Assembly (NCBI GenBank): GCA_947479815.1
Contig: CANKAT010000002.1
Location: forward strand, 4,291 to 68,290
Source of the DNA: Sphingobacteriaceae bacterium
Lineage (GTDB): Bacteria > Bacteroidota > Bacteroidia > Sphingobacteriales > Sphingobacteriaceae
Length of the DNA: 64,000 bases
Reading direction: 5' to 3'
Shown here: positions 30,884 to 40,596 of the stretch, piece by piece
Layout: every line of letters begins with the position of its first letter
How positions within the stretch are numbered: the stretch's first letter is position 1
Position numbers and translations under genes: made by a program
Notes under the pieces: model-generated
Database searches by the model: none
Told to the model about the DNA's origin: nothing
What the model saw: the letters and a program-made list of their open reading frames with translations, nothing else

Positions 30884-30946
30884 AAACAAAATCGCAATTT
30901 AAGGCATATAAACTGCATATTTGTACCTCCTAATAATACAATTACA

Positions 30947-31624
30947 ATGACATTCGATTATAATACCACCAGGAAAAAATTAATATTAGCCGAATATGGA
31001 CGTAATGTTCAAAATATGGTGAAATATATTGTTGATTTACCTACCAAGGATGAAAGAAATCGTTATGCTCAGGTAGTTATTGATTTGATGGGTTTCTTAA
31101 ACCCTCATCTTCGTGATGTAGCTGATTTTAAACATAAATTATGGGATCATTTACATATCATCTCTGATTTTAAAATCGATGTAGATTCGCCTTATCCTAA
31201 ACCATCTGAAGATGCCATTAGGTTTAAACCTGCGCCTCTATCTTATCCTCAACAACGTATTAAATATAAACATTACGGTAAAACGGTTGAGTTAATGATT
31301 AGCAGAGCCAAGGCTATTGAAGAACCAGAGCGTAAAAAAGCAATGGTGCAATCAATCGCTAATTTCATGAAAATGGCCTATGTAACTTGGAATAAGGATA
31401 GCGTTGCTGATGAAACAATTATAAAAGATCTTCGTGAAATGTCAAATGGAGAACTGCAACTTGAAGAAAATGTTAATCTACAACGAGTTGAGGTAAGACA
31501 AGTAGTTTCTCCAAGTAGACAACGAAATTCGAACCAAAATAAAGGAAGGCAAAATACTAACCGGAATACACCTGGAACAAATCGCCAAAGAACAAACAAT
31601 TCTGGTGGTAGCAAACGTTACTAA
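30947..31624 (+). CDS. DUF4290-like protein with basic Asn/Arg/Gln-rich tail
   Basis: 225 aa. The position directly upstream of murA matches the conserved Bacteroidota pairing I recall for DUF4290. The last ~38 aa are low-complexity (SPSRQRNSNQNKGRQNTNRNTPGTNRQRTNNSGGSKRY). Confidence 0.6.
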   Translation: MTFDYNTTRKKLILAEYGRNVQNMVKYIVDLPTKDERNRYAQVVIDLMGFLNPHLRDVADFKHKLWDHLHIISDFKIDVDSPYPKPSEDAIRFKPAPLSYPQQRIKYKHYGKTVELMISRAKAIEEPERKKAMVQSIANFMKMAYVTWNKDSVADETIIKDLREMSNGELQLEENVNLQRVEVRQVVSPSRQRNSNQNKGRQNTNRNTPGTNRQRTNNSGGSKRY

Positions 31625-31774
31625 CTTTATTCTGAACAATAATTTAATTAGGATCCCGTCATTGCCCAAGTTAAAAACTATACAATTTCATTTTATTTAA
31701 GGAACAAAAGCTAGTTTTTGTAAATTAGTGGCTTGTCCAATATCTAATCAATTATATAAAATCTCGCAGTACAA

Positions 31775-33100
31775 ATGAACGCATTTGAAATTGTTGGTGG
31801 CAAGCCACTAAAAGGTGAAATAATACCTCAGGGCGCAAAAAACGAAGCATTACAAATCATTTCAGCTGTTCTTCTAACTGAAGAAAAAATCACAATCAGT
31901 AATATTCCTGACATAAAGGATGTTAACAAACTGATTGAACTGATTGGCGACCTTGGCGTAAAAGTTGAACGGCTAAGCAAAGATACCTATACATTTGAGG
32001 CAAAAAATATCAATCTAGATTTCTTTCAATCTGAATCATTCAGAGCAAAAGGAGGAAGCTTACGAGGTTCAATAATGATTGTTGGGCCATTATTAGCTCG
32101 TTTTGGTAAAGCTGCTATACCAAAACCTGGGGGTGATAAAATAGGGCGGAGAAGACTTGATACACACTTTCTAGGTTTTGAAAAACTAGGTGCTAAATTC
32201 ATCTATGACAAGAAAACAAATTTCTTTAATGTTGACGCGAGTAATCTAAAAGGAGCTTATATTTTACTGGATGAAGCATCCGTTACAGGAACTGCAAATG
32301 TGGTTATGGCTGCAGTTTTAGCGAAAGGTACAACAACCATTTATAACGCTGCATGCGAACCTTACCTACAACAATTGTGTAAAATGCTTAACCGCATGGG
32401 TGCAAAAATTACTGGGGTAGGTTCTAACTTACTTAAAATTGAAGGTGTAACCAAACTCAGCGGCACAGAACATCGCCTATTGCCCGATATGATTGAAATT
32501 GGATCATTCATCGGTCTTGCAGCCATGACTGAATCTGAAATAACTATTAAAAATGTTCGCTTTGAAGAACTCGGAATGATTCCTGAGGTATTCAGAAAGC
32601 TAGGTATAAAATTTGAATTAAGAGGCGACGATATCTTTATTCCGTCACAAAAACATTATGAAGTGGAAACCTTCATTGATGGATCAATTATGACTATTGC
32701 TGATGCCCCTTGGCCTGGATTCACACCCGATCTCTTAAGCATCATGCTTGTAATAGCAACACAAGCAAAAGGTAATGTTTTGATTCACCAGAAGATGTTT
32801 GAGAGCCGTCTATTCTTTGTCGATAAATTAATAGATATGGGTGCCCAGATTATTTTATGTGACCCGCATAGAGCCACGGTAATAGGCCTTGATAAAAAAG
32901 TAAAACTTCGTGGAATAGAAATGACTTCACCAGATATCAGAGCCGGTGTATCCTTACTTATTGCAGCTCTTTCAGCTCAGGGAACTTCTATAATCTATAA
33001 TATCGAACAAATAGAACGCGGTTATCAGGATATTGATATCCGCCTTAGAGCTCTAGGTGCTGATATTAGAAGGATTGAAGCCAGTGCTAAAGGACATTAA
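31775..33100 (+). CDS. murA: UDP-N-acetylglucosamine 1-carboxyvinyltransferase
   Basis: 441 aa; GAKNEAL (Lys22 region), PGGDKIGRRRLD loop, C-terminal IERGYQDIDIRLRALGA. Confidence 0.97.
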   Translation: MNAFEIVGGKPLKGEIIPQGAKNEALQIISAVLLTEEKITISNIPDIKDVNKLIELIGDLGVKVERLSKDTYTFEAKNINLDFFQSESFRAKGGSLRGSIMIVGPLLARFGKAAIPKPGGDKIGRRRLDTHFLGFEKLGAKFIYDKKTNFFNVDASNLKGAYILLDEASVTGTANVVMAAVLAKGTTTIYNAACEPYLQQLCKMLNRMGAKITGVGSNLLKIEGVTKLSGTEHRLLPDMIEIGSFIGLAAMTESEITIKNVRFEELGMIPEVFRKLGIKFELRGDDIFIPSQKHYEVETFIDGSIMTIADAPWPGFTPDLLSIMLVIATQAKGNVLIHQKMFESRLFFVDKLIDMGAQIILCDPHRATVIGLDKKVKLRGIEMTSPDIRAGVSLLIAALSAQGTSIIYNIEQIERGYQDIDIRLRALGADIRRIEASAKGH

Positions 33101-33327
33101 ACAAACATATTTAAAGCAATGTCGAGAATAAGACATTGATAACAATGATCTTTAATTTATTCTTAGTCAGTGTGTTTTTAACAAACAGGAAATTCCCTAA
33201 TTGGGATAAGTTCTAATAAAATTGCTAAGGCCCTAAACAGAGTTAATCAATCCAATTGATAGATGGTTTTCCGTATACTCGTACTATTGCTTAGACATAC
33301 CTCAAAAACACGTATCAATTACTATTC

Positions 33328-34611
33328 ATGAACATTATCATAATAGGAAACGGCATTACCGGTATTACCTGCGCCCGAAATATACGCAAGAAAAATTCTG
33401 ATGCCACAATTACAGTAATTTCTGAAGAGAGCAAACATTTCTATTCTCGTACAGCCCTCATGTACATTTATATGGGTCATATGAAGTATGAAAATACAAA
33501 GCCCTATGAAGATTGGTTCTGGAGCAAGAACAGAATAAATCTTATTCAAGCAACTGTTAATCACTTAAACACAGAAGATAAATCTATACAATTAGATGAT
33601 GAGAGAATCTTAAATTATGATAAACTAGTTTTAGCAACCGGTTCAATTTCCAATAAGTTTGGATTTCCAGGAGAAGATTTAAATGGTGTTCAGGCACTTT
33701 ACAATCTTCAGGATCTGCAAAAAATGGAGAAAAATACCAGCAACATCTCTTCAGCAGTTATTGTTGGCGGAGGCTTAATTGGTGTAGAAATGGCTGAAAT
33801 GCTTCATAGCCGCAATATTTCTGTCACTATGTTAATACGAGAAAATGCCTATTGGGCAAACGCATTACCACAGGAAGAAGCACAATTGATTGGGAATCAC
33901 CTCCAAAAGCATGGCATAAAACTAAAATTCAATACAGAACTCAAAGAAATACGAACTATTGATCAGCTTAGTGTACATAGTATTGTAACCCAACAAGACG
34001 AAACTATTTATTGCCAATTCTTAGGAATAACTACAGGAGTGAAACCCAATATTAACTTCCTTAAAAATAGTGGCATAGATATAGAAAAAGGAATAGTAGT
34101 CAATGAATTTTTAGAAACCAATATCCCAGACATTTTTGCTGCAGGCGACTGTGCTCAGTTTCGTTTTATAAAAACCGGAGAAGCCCCAATTGAACAGTTA
34201 TGGTATACCGGTAAAATGCAGGGTGAAACATTAGCCAATACAATATGTGGCAATAAAACAACTTATGATCGTGGAATTTGGTTCAACTCGGCAAAATTCT
34301 TTGATCTTGAATTTCAAACTTATGGAAAAGTTCTGCCTGAAATTACCCATGAACAAGAGAGCTTTTATTGGGAACATGAAAATGGTAAAATTTCATTCAG
34401 GGCCAATTATAATAGATCCGATCGAAGTATAATTGGGTTTAATTTTATAGGAATACGGTTTAGGCAAGTTATAGCTGAACACTGGATACGCGAACAAAAA
34501 CAAATAGAATATGTTATAGATAATCTTAAACAGGGTTGGTTTGATCCTGAATTTTCGGATTCCCATTATAAAAAAATAGCAAAATCATTTAACGATAACC
34601 TTATTAATTGA
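33328..34611 (+). CDS. NAD(P)/FAD-dependent oxidoreductase (Pyr_redox_2 class)
   Basis: Two dinucleotide folds IIIIGNGITG and VIVGGGLIGVE, plus FAAGDCA. No redox-active CxxC pair. Confidence 0.85.
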   Translation: MNIIIIGNGITGITCARNIRKKNSDATITVISEESKHFYSRTALMYIYMGHMKYENTKPYEDWFWSKNRINLIQATVNHLNTEDKSIQLDDERILNYDKLVLATGSISNKFGFPGEDLNGVQALYNLQDLQKMEKNTSNISSAVIVGGGLIGVEMAEMLHSRNISVTMLIRENAYWANALPQEEAQLIGNHLQKHGIKLKFNTELKEIRTIDQLSVHSIVTQQDETIYCQFLGITTGVKPNINFLKNSGIDIEKGIVVNEFLETNIPDIFAAGDCAQFRFIKTGEAPIEQLWYTGKMQGETLANTICGNKTTYDRGIWFNSAKFFDLEFQTYGKVLPEITHEQESFYWEHENGKISFRANYNRSDRSIIGFNFIGIRFRQVIAEHWIREQKQIEYVIDNLKQGWFDPEFSDSHYKKIAKSFNDNLIN

Positions 34612-34630
34612 TCATTTTTTAAATTAAAAA

Positions 34631-35941
34631 ATGCAAGACCATTCCTTATCACTAGCAAAGCCCTCAGAGGGCCTTCTTTCACAAAAGATAGGAGCCAGCC
34701 TTATTGCGGCTGCAATACTTTGTGCAATAATAGCTGCATTTGGTCAGGGTGAAACTCAGTCTGTACTCTTTTTTGGATTAATAATAGTCTTCAGTGTTGC
34801 TGGAGGAATGATTTTTTCAATACCCTATTTTAAAGAAATACCGGGAATAAAGAACAATGGCATTATGCATAGTCCAGCAACAAATCGGGGTGGAATAGCA
34901 TGGGGAATTGGTATTTTGATGACCGGGTTTTACATCATTCTATATTGGTTTCCCAATTATTTGGAAGGCTTGATCAGGGCCATGGACCCATTGAGCATTA
35001 TCCTTAGAAATAAGGCATCTGACCAGTGGTTTTTATATGGCACATTGTATACCCTTGCTGTCATCATTATGGGCATTCGTTTTATAGGTAAGTACAGATC
35101 CAATAGATATCAGGTATTGAGAACACTATCAGTTATGTTTTTTCAACTTGGATTTGCATTCTTAATACCTGCATTTTTATTAAAATTGAATCAACCTGAA
35201 TTCTACTTTTCTTATTTCTGGCCGTTAAAATATTCTTATTTATTTCCAAATGACATCGATTATCTAATTCAGTCAGGAAATATTGGTGTTTTTATGGTTT
35301 TCTGGGGGCTTGTTATGACATTTATTGCCACTCCAATTTTAACCTATAATTATGGCAAACGCTGGTATTGCTCTTGGGTGTGTGGTTGTGGTGCCTTAGC
35401 AGAAACATTAGGTGATCCTTACAGACAAAATTCAAACAAATCACTCCAAGCATGGAAAGTAGAACGCTGGATGGTCCATTCTGTACTGGTTTTCGTTGTA
35501 TTAACTACAGCTTTGTTATGGTTAAATTCATGGAAGAATGGCACTATACTTGGTGATGCATCCGGATTGTTTTCACAATGTTATGGATTTCTGATAGGCT
35601 CAGTATTTTCTGGTGTGATTGGAACAGGATTTTATCCAATTATGGGATCAAGAATTTGGTGTCGTTTTGGTTGCCCAATGGCAGCAATTCTAGGATTATT
35701 TCAACGATTCAAATCAAAATTTAGGATTACAACAAATGGGGGTCAGTGTATTTCATGTGGTAATTGCTCAACTTACTGTGAAATGGGAATTGATGTAAGA
35801 GCATACGCTCAAAAAGGGGAAAATATAATACGCGCTTCATGCGTAGGATGTGGAATATGCTCAGCTGTATGCCCTAGGGGCGTTCTTAATCTCGAAAATT
35901 TGGCTGAAGAAGGAAGATTTGAGTCATATAAGCGACAGTAA
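34631..35941 (+). CDS. Polytopic membrane polyferredoxin (NapH/FixG-CcoG-like, 4Fe-4S)
   Basis: Multiple TM segments, Cys clusters CSWVCGCG and CRFGCP, and two ferredoxin motifs CISCGNCSTYC and CVGCGICSAVCP. Confidence 0.8.
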   Translation: MQDHSLSLAKPSEGLLSQKIGASLIAAAILCAIIAAFGQGETQSVLFFGLIIVFSVAGGMIFSIPYFKEIPGIKNNGIMHSPATNRGGIAWGIGILMTGFYIILYWFPNYLEGLIRAMDPLSIILRNKASDQWFLYGTLYTLAVIIMGIRFIGKYRSNRYQVLRTLSVMFFQLGFAFLIPAFLLKLNQPEFYFSYFWPLKYSYLFPNDIDYLIQSGNIGVFMVFWGLVMTFIATPILTYNYGKRWYCSWVCGCGALAETLGDPYRQNSNKSLQAWKVERWMVHSVLVFVVLTTALLWLNSWKNGTILGDASGLFSQCYGFLIGSVFSGVIGTGFYPIMGSRIWCRFGCPMAAILGLFQRFKSKFRITTNGGQCISCGNCSTYCEMGIDVRAYAQKGENIIRASCVGCGICSAVCPRGVLNLENLAEEGRFESYKRQ

Positions 35942-35949
35942 AATATAAA

Positions 35950-36651
35950 ATGCATTCTGACAACAAAAAACCTGCAGTTTATGTGATCATACCAGCATTC
36001 AACGAAAGCAAATCGATTGGTAAGGTTATAGCAGATATTCCTGATCTGGTCAATGAAACGATTGTTGTTAATAATGCTTCAACTGATAATACTGAAACTA
36101 TTGCAAAAGAGCAAGGCGCAACTGTTTTAAGGGAACCTAGAAAAGGCTATGGATATAGCTGCCTAAAGGGAATTGACTATCTGCAAACAAAAGTAAATCC
36201 TAACGATATTATTGTATTCTTAGATGGCGATTATTCAGACTTTCCAGACGAGATCAGCATGCTTATTGCCCCTATCCTAGAATCAGATGTTGATATGGTA
36301 ATCGGTTCAAGGGCCTTGGGAGTTCGGGAACCAGGATCTATGCTATTTCAACAAATTGCAGGAAACTGGCTGGCTACAGCACTAATAAAATTATTCTACA
36401 ATGCCCATTTTACTGACCTTGGGCCATTCAGAGCTATTCAATGGAAAGCCCTACAACAGCTAGACATGAAGGATAAAACATTTGGTTGGACAGTAGAAAT
36501 GCAGGTAAAGGCAGCAAAACACAGATTGAAATTTACAGAAGTTGCGGTAAATTACAGGCAAAGAATTGGAGTAAGTAAAGTTTCAGGAACAATCTATGGA
36601 ACGATAATGGCAGGATATAAAATAGTACTTACCATCTTTAAAAATATTTAA
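35950..36651 (+). CDS. GT2 glycosyltransferase, small DPM1-like
   Basis: VIIPAFNES, NNASTDNT, LDGDYSD (DxD). 233 aa. Confidence 0.85.
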   Translation: MHSDNKKPAVYVIIPAFNESKSIGKVIADIPDLVNETIVVNNASTDNTETIAKEQGATVLREPRKGYGYSCLKGIDYLQTKVNPNDIIVFLDGDYSDFPDEISMLIAPILESDVDMVIGSRALGVREPGSMLFQQIAGNWLATALIKLFYNAHFTDLGPFRAIQWKALQQLDMKDKTFGWTVEMQVKAAKHRLKFTEVAVNYRQRIGVSKVSGTIYGTIMAGYKIVLTIFKNI

Positions 36652-36670
36652 TCCAAGATTCAAATCACTT

Positions 36671-38143
36671 ATGTTAGCGCTTGGCATCATCATAATTTAC
36701 AGTTTTTTCTTCTTCTTTATCATCCTGTTTAGTCTTGGACAGTTAGCGCTACTCATCACTTTTTTAATCCACAGAAATAAGGTAAATCATAAAATTACAC
36801 TACACTCCTATCCGAATATTACCATACAGTTACCGATCTATAACGAACGATTTGTTGTAGAAAGACTCCTGGATTCAATTTCAAATTTAAACTACCCTAA
36901 AAAAAAAATAGAAATACAAGTTCTTGATGATTCTGATGATGACACTAGTATACTAGTAGAACAAAAAATTAAAAAGTTAATTGCTTTGGGTTTTAAAATA
37001 ACTCAAATTAAACGTGAAAATAGGATAGGATTTAAGGCTGGCGCTCTACAAAATGGCTTGATTAAGGCATCGAATGAATTCATTGTCATTTTCGATGCCG
37101 ACTTTGTTCCAGAGCCGGATTTTTTAATCAATACTCTTCCCTATTTCAGTAATGATACTATTGGAATGGTGCAAACCAGATGGGGACATATCAATCCAAG
37201 GGAATCATGGCTTACAAGAGCCCAAGAAATAGGATTAAACAGCCACTTTATTATTGATCAGGATGGACGAGCTAAAGGTGGCTTTTTCATAAGCTTTAAT
37301 GGCACTGCCGGAATTTGGAGAAAAGCCTGCATTGAAGATGCCGGAGGTTGGGAAGCTGACACACTCACTGAAGATCTTGATTTAAGTTATCGAGCGCAAA
37401 TGAAGGGTTGGAAGTTTAAATATTGCCCTGAAATAATTTCACCCGCTGAGCTACCGAATTTATTAAGTGCCGTAAGATCACAACAATTTCGATGGATCAA
37501 AGGAGGAGTAGAAACATCCAAAAAACTAATAGCCAGATTATGGCATTGTGATCTGCCAATCTCCATTAAATTATTTGGAAGCCTACAGCTGCTGAATAAT
37601 TATATCTATGCATTTATACTTTTAACAGGTCTGTTTAGTGTTCCCTTAATGTTATTGAAAAATAAATCTATGGAGTTTGATCACTTCTTTAACTGGAGTG
37701 GTATGCTAATCATTGTATTGATTATTAATTTTTTTTACTGCTTTACAGCAATTTTAATCGACAAAAAAAATATCATTATAGCTATCAAAGAGATCCTGAG
37801 TGCATTCCCAATAGCTATAATCGTATCCATGGGAATGTCTTATCACAATAGTATTGCAGTATTAAAGGGAATTCAAGGTCAAAAAACTGCATTTATTAGA
37901 ACCCCAAAATTTAGCGCATCAAAGAGAGAAAATGCCTACTTAAAAAGTCAGAAAATCAGGCAATATTTACCTGAATTTCTACTATTTATCTATTTTCTAC
38001 TAGCCGCTGTTGCCGAATTATATTTTAAAGATTTCGGATTTCTAATCTATCATTTATTAATGCTATCCGGTTTTGGCTTTATACTTTATTGTGCTTTTGA
38101 AGAAAATTTAGGTCAAAAACATATCAAAGAGATATCGCATTAA
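36671..38143 (+). CDS. Membrane-integrated processive-type GT2 glycosyltransferase (cellulose-synthase-like architecture)
   Basis: N-terminal TM segment, VLDDSDD, FDADF, TEDLDL, QQFRWIKG (QxxRW), and several C-terminal TM segments. Confidence 0.85.
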   Translation: MLALGIIIIYSFFFFFIILFSLGQLALLITFLIHRNKVNHKITLHSYPNITIQLPIYNERFVVERLLDSISNLNYPKKKIEIQVLDDSDDDTSILVEQKIKKLIALGFKITQIKRENRIGFKAGALQNGLIKASNEFIVIFDADFVPEPDFLINTLPYFSNDTIGMVQTRWGHINPRESWLTRAQEIGLNSHFIIDQDGRAKGGFFISFNGTAGIWRKACIEDAGGWEADTLTEDLDLSYRAQMKGWKFKYCPEIISPAELPNLLSAVRSQQFRWIKGGVETSKKLIARLWHCDLPISIKLFGSLQLLNNYIYAFILLTGLFSVPLMLLKNKSMEFDHFFNWSGMLIIVLIINFFYCFTAILIDKKNIIIAIKEILSAFPIAIIVSMGMSYHNSIAVLKGIQGQKTAFIRTPKFSASKRENAYLKSQKIRQYLPEFLLFIYFLLAAVAELYFKDFGFLIYHLLMLSGFGFILYCAFEENLGQKHIKEISH

Positions 38144-39485
38144 TAATATCATATTGAGTAATGATTTCGATATTGCCATTTTGATCTTCAACTAAAACCG
38201 CCATATTTTCCTTATTAATTATGGCTGTAATCTTATCAATAGTTGTATTCAGATCTACAAAAGGGAAAGACGAAGTCATGATATCCTTAACACTACCAGA
38301 GCGAAGTGATGGATTTTCTAATACTGAATTCAATATATCACTCTCGGTTATTTTGCCCACAACCATTCCCTTCTGAGTAACTGGAATCTGCGAAATATTC
38401 AATGATTTTATGGTATTGATTGCCTGCAAAACTGACTGTTCACAATCAATGGTTACAATTTCTTGCCTGCCTCGTTTTGCTAAAATTGATTTAGCAGTTA
38501 GTTTCTCATCAGCCAGAAAACCACGCTCCCTTAGCCAATCTTCATTATACATTTTGCCCATGTATCTAGAACCATGGTCATGAAAAATGATGACAACTAC
38601 ATCATCTTCCTTGAGTTCATCCTTCAACTGCATCAATCCGGCAAGTGCCGATCCTGCAGAGTTACCAGCAAATATCCCCTCTTTTCTGGCAATATCACGG
38701 GTCATCAATGCCGCATCTTTATCTGTTACCTTCTCGAATCGATCTATTATATTAAAATCAACATTTTTAGGCAGAAAGTCTTCTCCTATTCCTTCTGTAA
38801 TGTACGGATAGATCTCATTTTTGTCCATAATGCCCGTTTCCTTATACTTTTTAAAGACAGAGCCGTAGGTATCAATTCCCCATATTTTAATGTCAGGGTT
38901 TTGTTCTTTAAGGTATTTACCAGTACCTGAGATAGTTCCACCGGTACCTACCCCAACTACCAAATGGGTAATTTTACCTTCAGTTTGTTTCCAAATTTCA
39001 GGACCAGTCTGCTCATAATGAGCTAGAGAGTTTGACAGATTATCATATTGATTTGGTTTCCAGGAATTTGGGACTTCACGCTCCAGCCGGGAGGAAACAG
39101 AATAATACGATCTCGGATCTTCAGGATCAACATTTGTAGGACATACAATAACCTCTGCGCCAAAAGCTCGTAAAGCATCCACTTTTTCTTTGGATTGCTT
39201 ATCTGTTGTAGTAAAAATACACTTATACCCTTTGATTATTGCTGCCATTGCCAAACCCATTCCTGTATTTCCGGATGTACCTTCAATAATAGTACCTCCA
39301 GGTTTCAGCTTACCGCTAAGCTCTGCATCTTCAATCATTTTTACAGCCATCCTATCCTTAATTGAATTACCAGGATTAGTTGTTTCGATTTTTGCTAAAA
39401 CTGTTGCTTTAACATCTTTTGTTATGTTATTTAATTTAACCAAAGGAGTATTCCCTATGGTTTCAAGAATATTAGTATACCACAT
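38124..39485 (-). CDS. Cystathionine beta-synthase-like PLP enzyme with C-terminal CBS pair
   Basis: PLP-lysine context NPGNSIKDR, glycine loop GTGGTISG, and two CBS motifs in the last ~120 aa. The 3' end overlaps the convergent GT2 gene by 20 nt. Confidence 0.9.
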   Translation of the reverse strand: MWYTNILETIGNTPLVKLNNITKDVKATVLAKIETTNPGNSIKDRMAVKMIEDAELSGKLKPGGTIIEGTSGNTGMGLAMAAIIKGYKCIFTTTDKQSKEKVDALRAFGAEVIVCPTNVDPEDPRSYYSVSSRLEREVPNSWKPNQYDNLSNSLAHYEQTGPEIWKQTEGKITHLVVGVGTGGTISGTGKYLKEQNPDIKIWGIDTYGSVFKKYKETGIMDKNEIYPYITEGIGEDFLPKNVDFNIIDRFEKVTDKDAALMTRDIARKEGIFAGNSAGSALAGLMQLKDELKEDDVVVIIFHDHGSRYMGKMYNEDWLRERGFLADEKLTAKSILAKRGRQEIVTIDCEQSVLQAINTIKSLNISQIPVTQKGMVVGKITESDILNSVLENPSLRSGSVKDIMTSSFPFVDLNTTIDKITAIINKENMAVLVEDQNGNIEIITQYDIINAISL

Positions 39486-39690
39486 AATGCAAAAATACGG
39501 ATTAAAGCGCGAAACAATAGATTAAATGCTAAAAGCGAAAGAAATACAATTATTATATTGCATCTACCCAATAAACAATATTATATTTTAAAAATCAAGC
39601 TTTTAACTAGTAGTTACCAATGGAAATTGGGTAAAAAATCGAGTCATTTTAAATTTTAGCAATCCTATAAAACTCAGGAAATTGTTTTCA

Positions 39691-40551
39691 TTAAAATTTC
39701 AAATGCTTTACAGTTAAGCCATTATTTTTTAATTGTTTTAATGAGTCGATACCTATTCTCAGGTGTGTCTCAACATACTGCTCAGTAACATTTGAATCGC
39801 TTTCAGCTGTTTTCACTCCCTCAGGTATCATGGGTTGGTCTGATACTAATAATAAAGCTCCTGTAGGGATTTTATTTGCAAATCCAGTTGTAAAAATTGT
39901 TGCAGTTTCCATATCAACTGCCATTGCTCGTAAGGTTTTTAGATATTTTTTAAAACTCTTATCATGTTCCCAAACCCGTCGGTTAGTCGTATACACAGTT
40001 CCAGTCCAATAATCACGAGAATGATCGCGAATGGTTGTTGAAATTGCCTTTTGTAATGCAAATGATGGCAATGCAGGAACTTCTGCAGGAAGATAATCAT
40101 TGGAAGTTCCCTCACCTCTTATCGCTGCTATTGGTAAGATTAGATCACCGATCTTATTCTTTTTTTTCAGCCCTCCGCACTTTCCCAAAAACAAAACTGC
40201 TTTTGGCTGAATAGCGGTCAATAGATCCATCATAGTTGCAGCCATTGGGCTACCCATTCCAAAGTTGATTAATGTAATGCCATTAGCCGATACACTCTGC
40301 ATAGGTTTATCTAATCCAATGATTGGCGCATTGTCATGCCATTCAGAAAACAGATTGAGGTACCTAGAAAAATTGGTTAATAGAATAAAATTACTAAACT
40401 CTGTTAAAGGCCGACCCGTATAACGTGGTAACCAGTTATCAACAATATCCGACTTGTTTTTAAGTCCTGTTTTAACAGGAGTTTCAACTTCATTGGTCTT
40501 CTTTACTGATTCTGTTACATCAACTTTAGTTTCTTGTTTTTTATTCATCAT
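39691..40551 (-). CDS. AMP nucleosidase-like / nucleoside phosphorylase-I family protein (catalytic domain only)
   Basis: PNP_UDP_1-type blocks FLGKCGG and AVDMETATIF. Lys/Glu-rich N-terminal extension. Lacks the long N-terminal regulatory domain of E. coli Amn. Confidence 0.7.
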   Translation of the reverse strand: MMNKKQETKVDVTESVKKTNEVETPVKTGLKNKSDIVDNWLPRYTGRPLTEFSNFILLTNFSRYLNLFSEWHDNAPIIGLDKPMQSVSANGITLINFGMGSPMAATMMDLLTAIQPKAVLFLGKCGGLKKKNKIGDLILPIAAIRGEGTSNDYLPAEVPALPSFALQKAISTTIRDHSRDYWTGTVYTTNRRVWEHDKSFKKYLKTLRAMAVDMETATIFTTGFANKIPTGALLLVSDQPMIPEGVKTAESDSNVTEQYVETHLRIGIDSLKQLKNNGLTVKHLKF

Positions 40552-40596
40552 TCAATTTTTTAGCTTACAAAAAACCCCGATTCAATCGGGGCTCAT

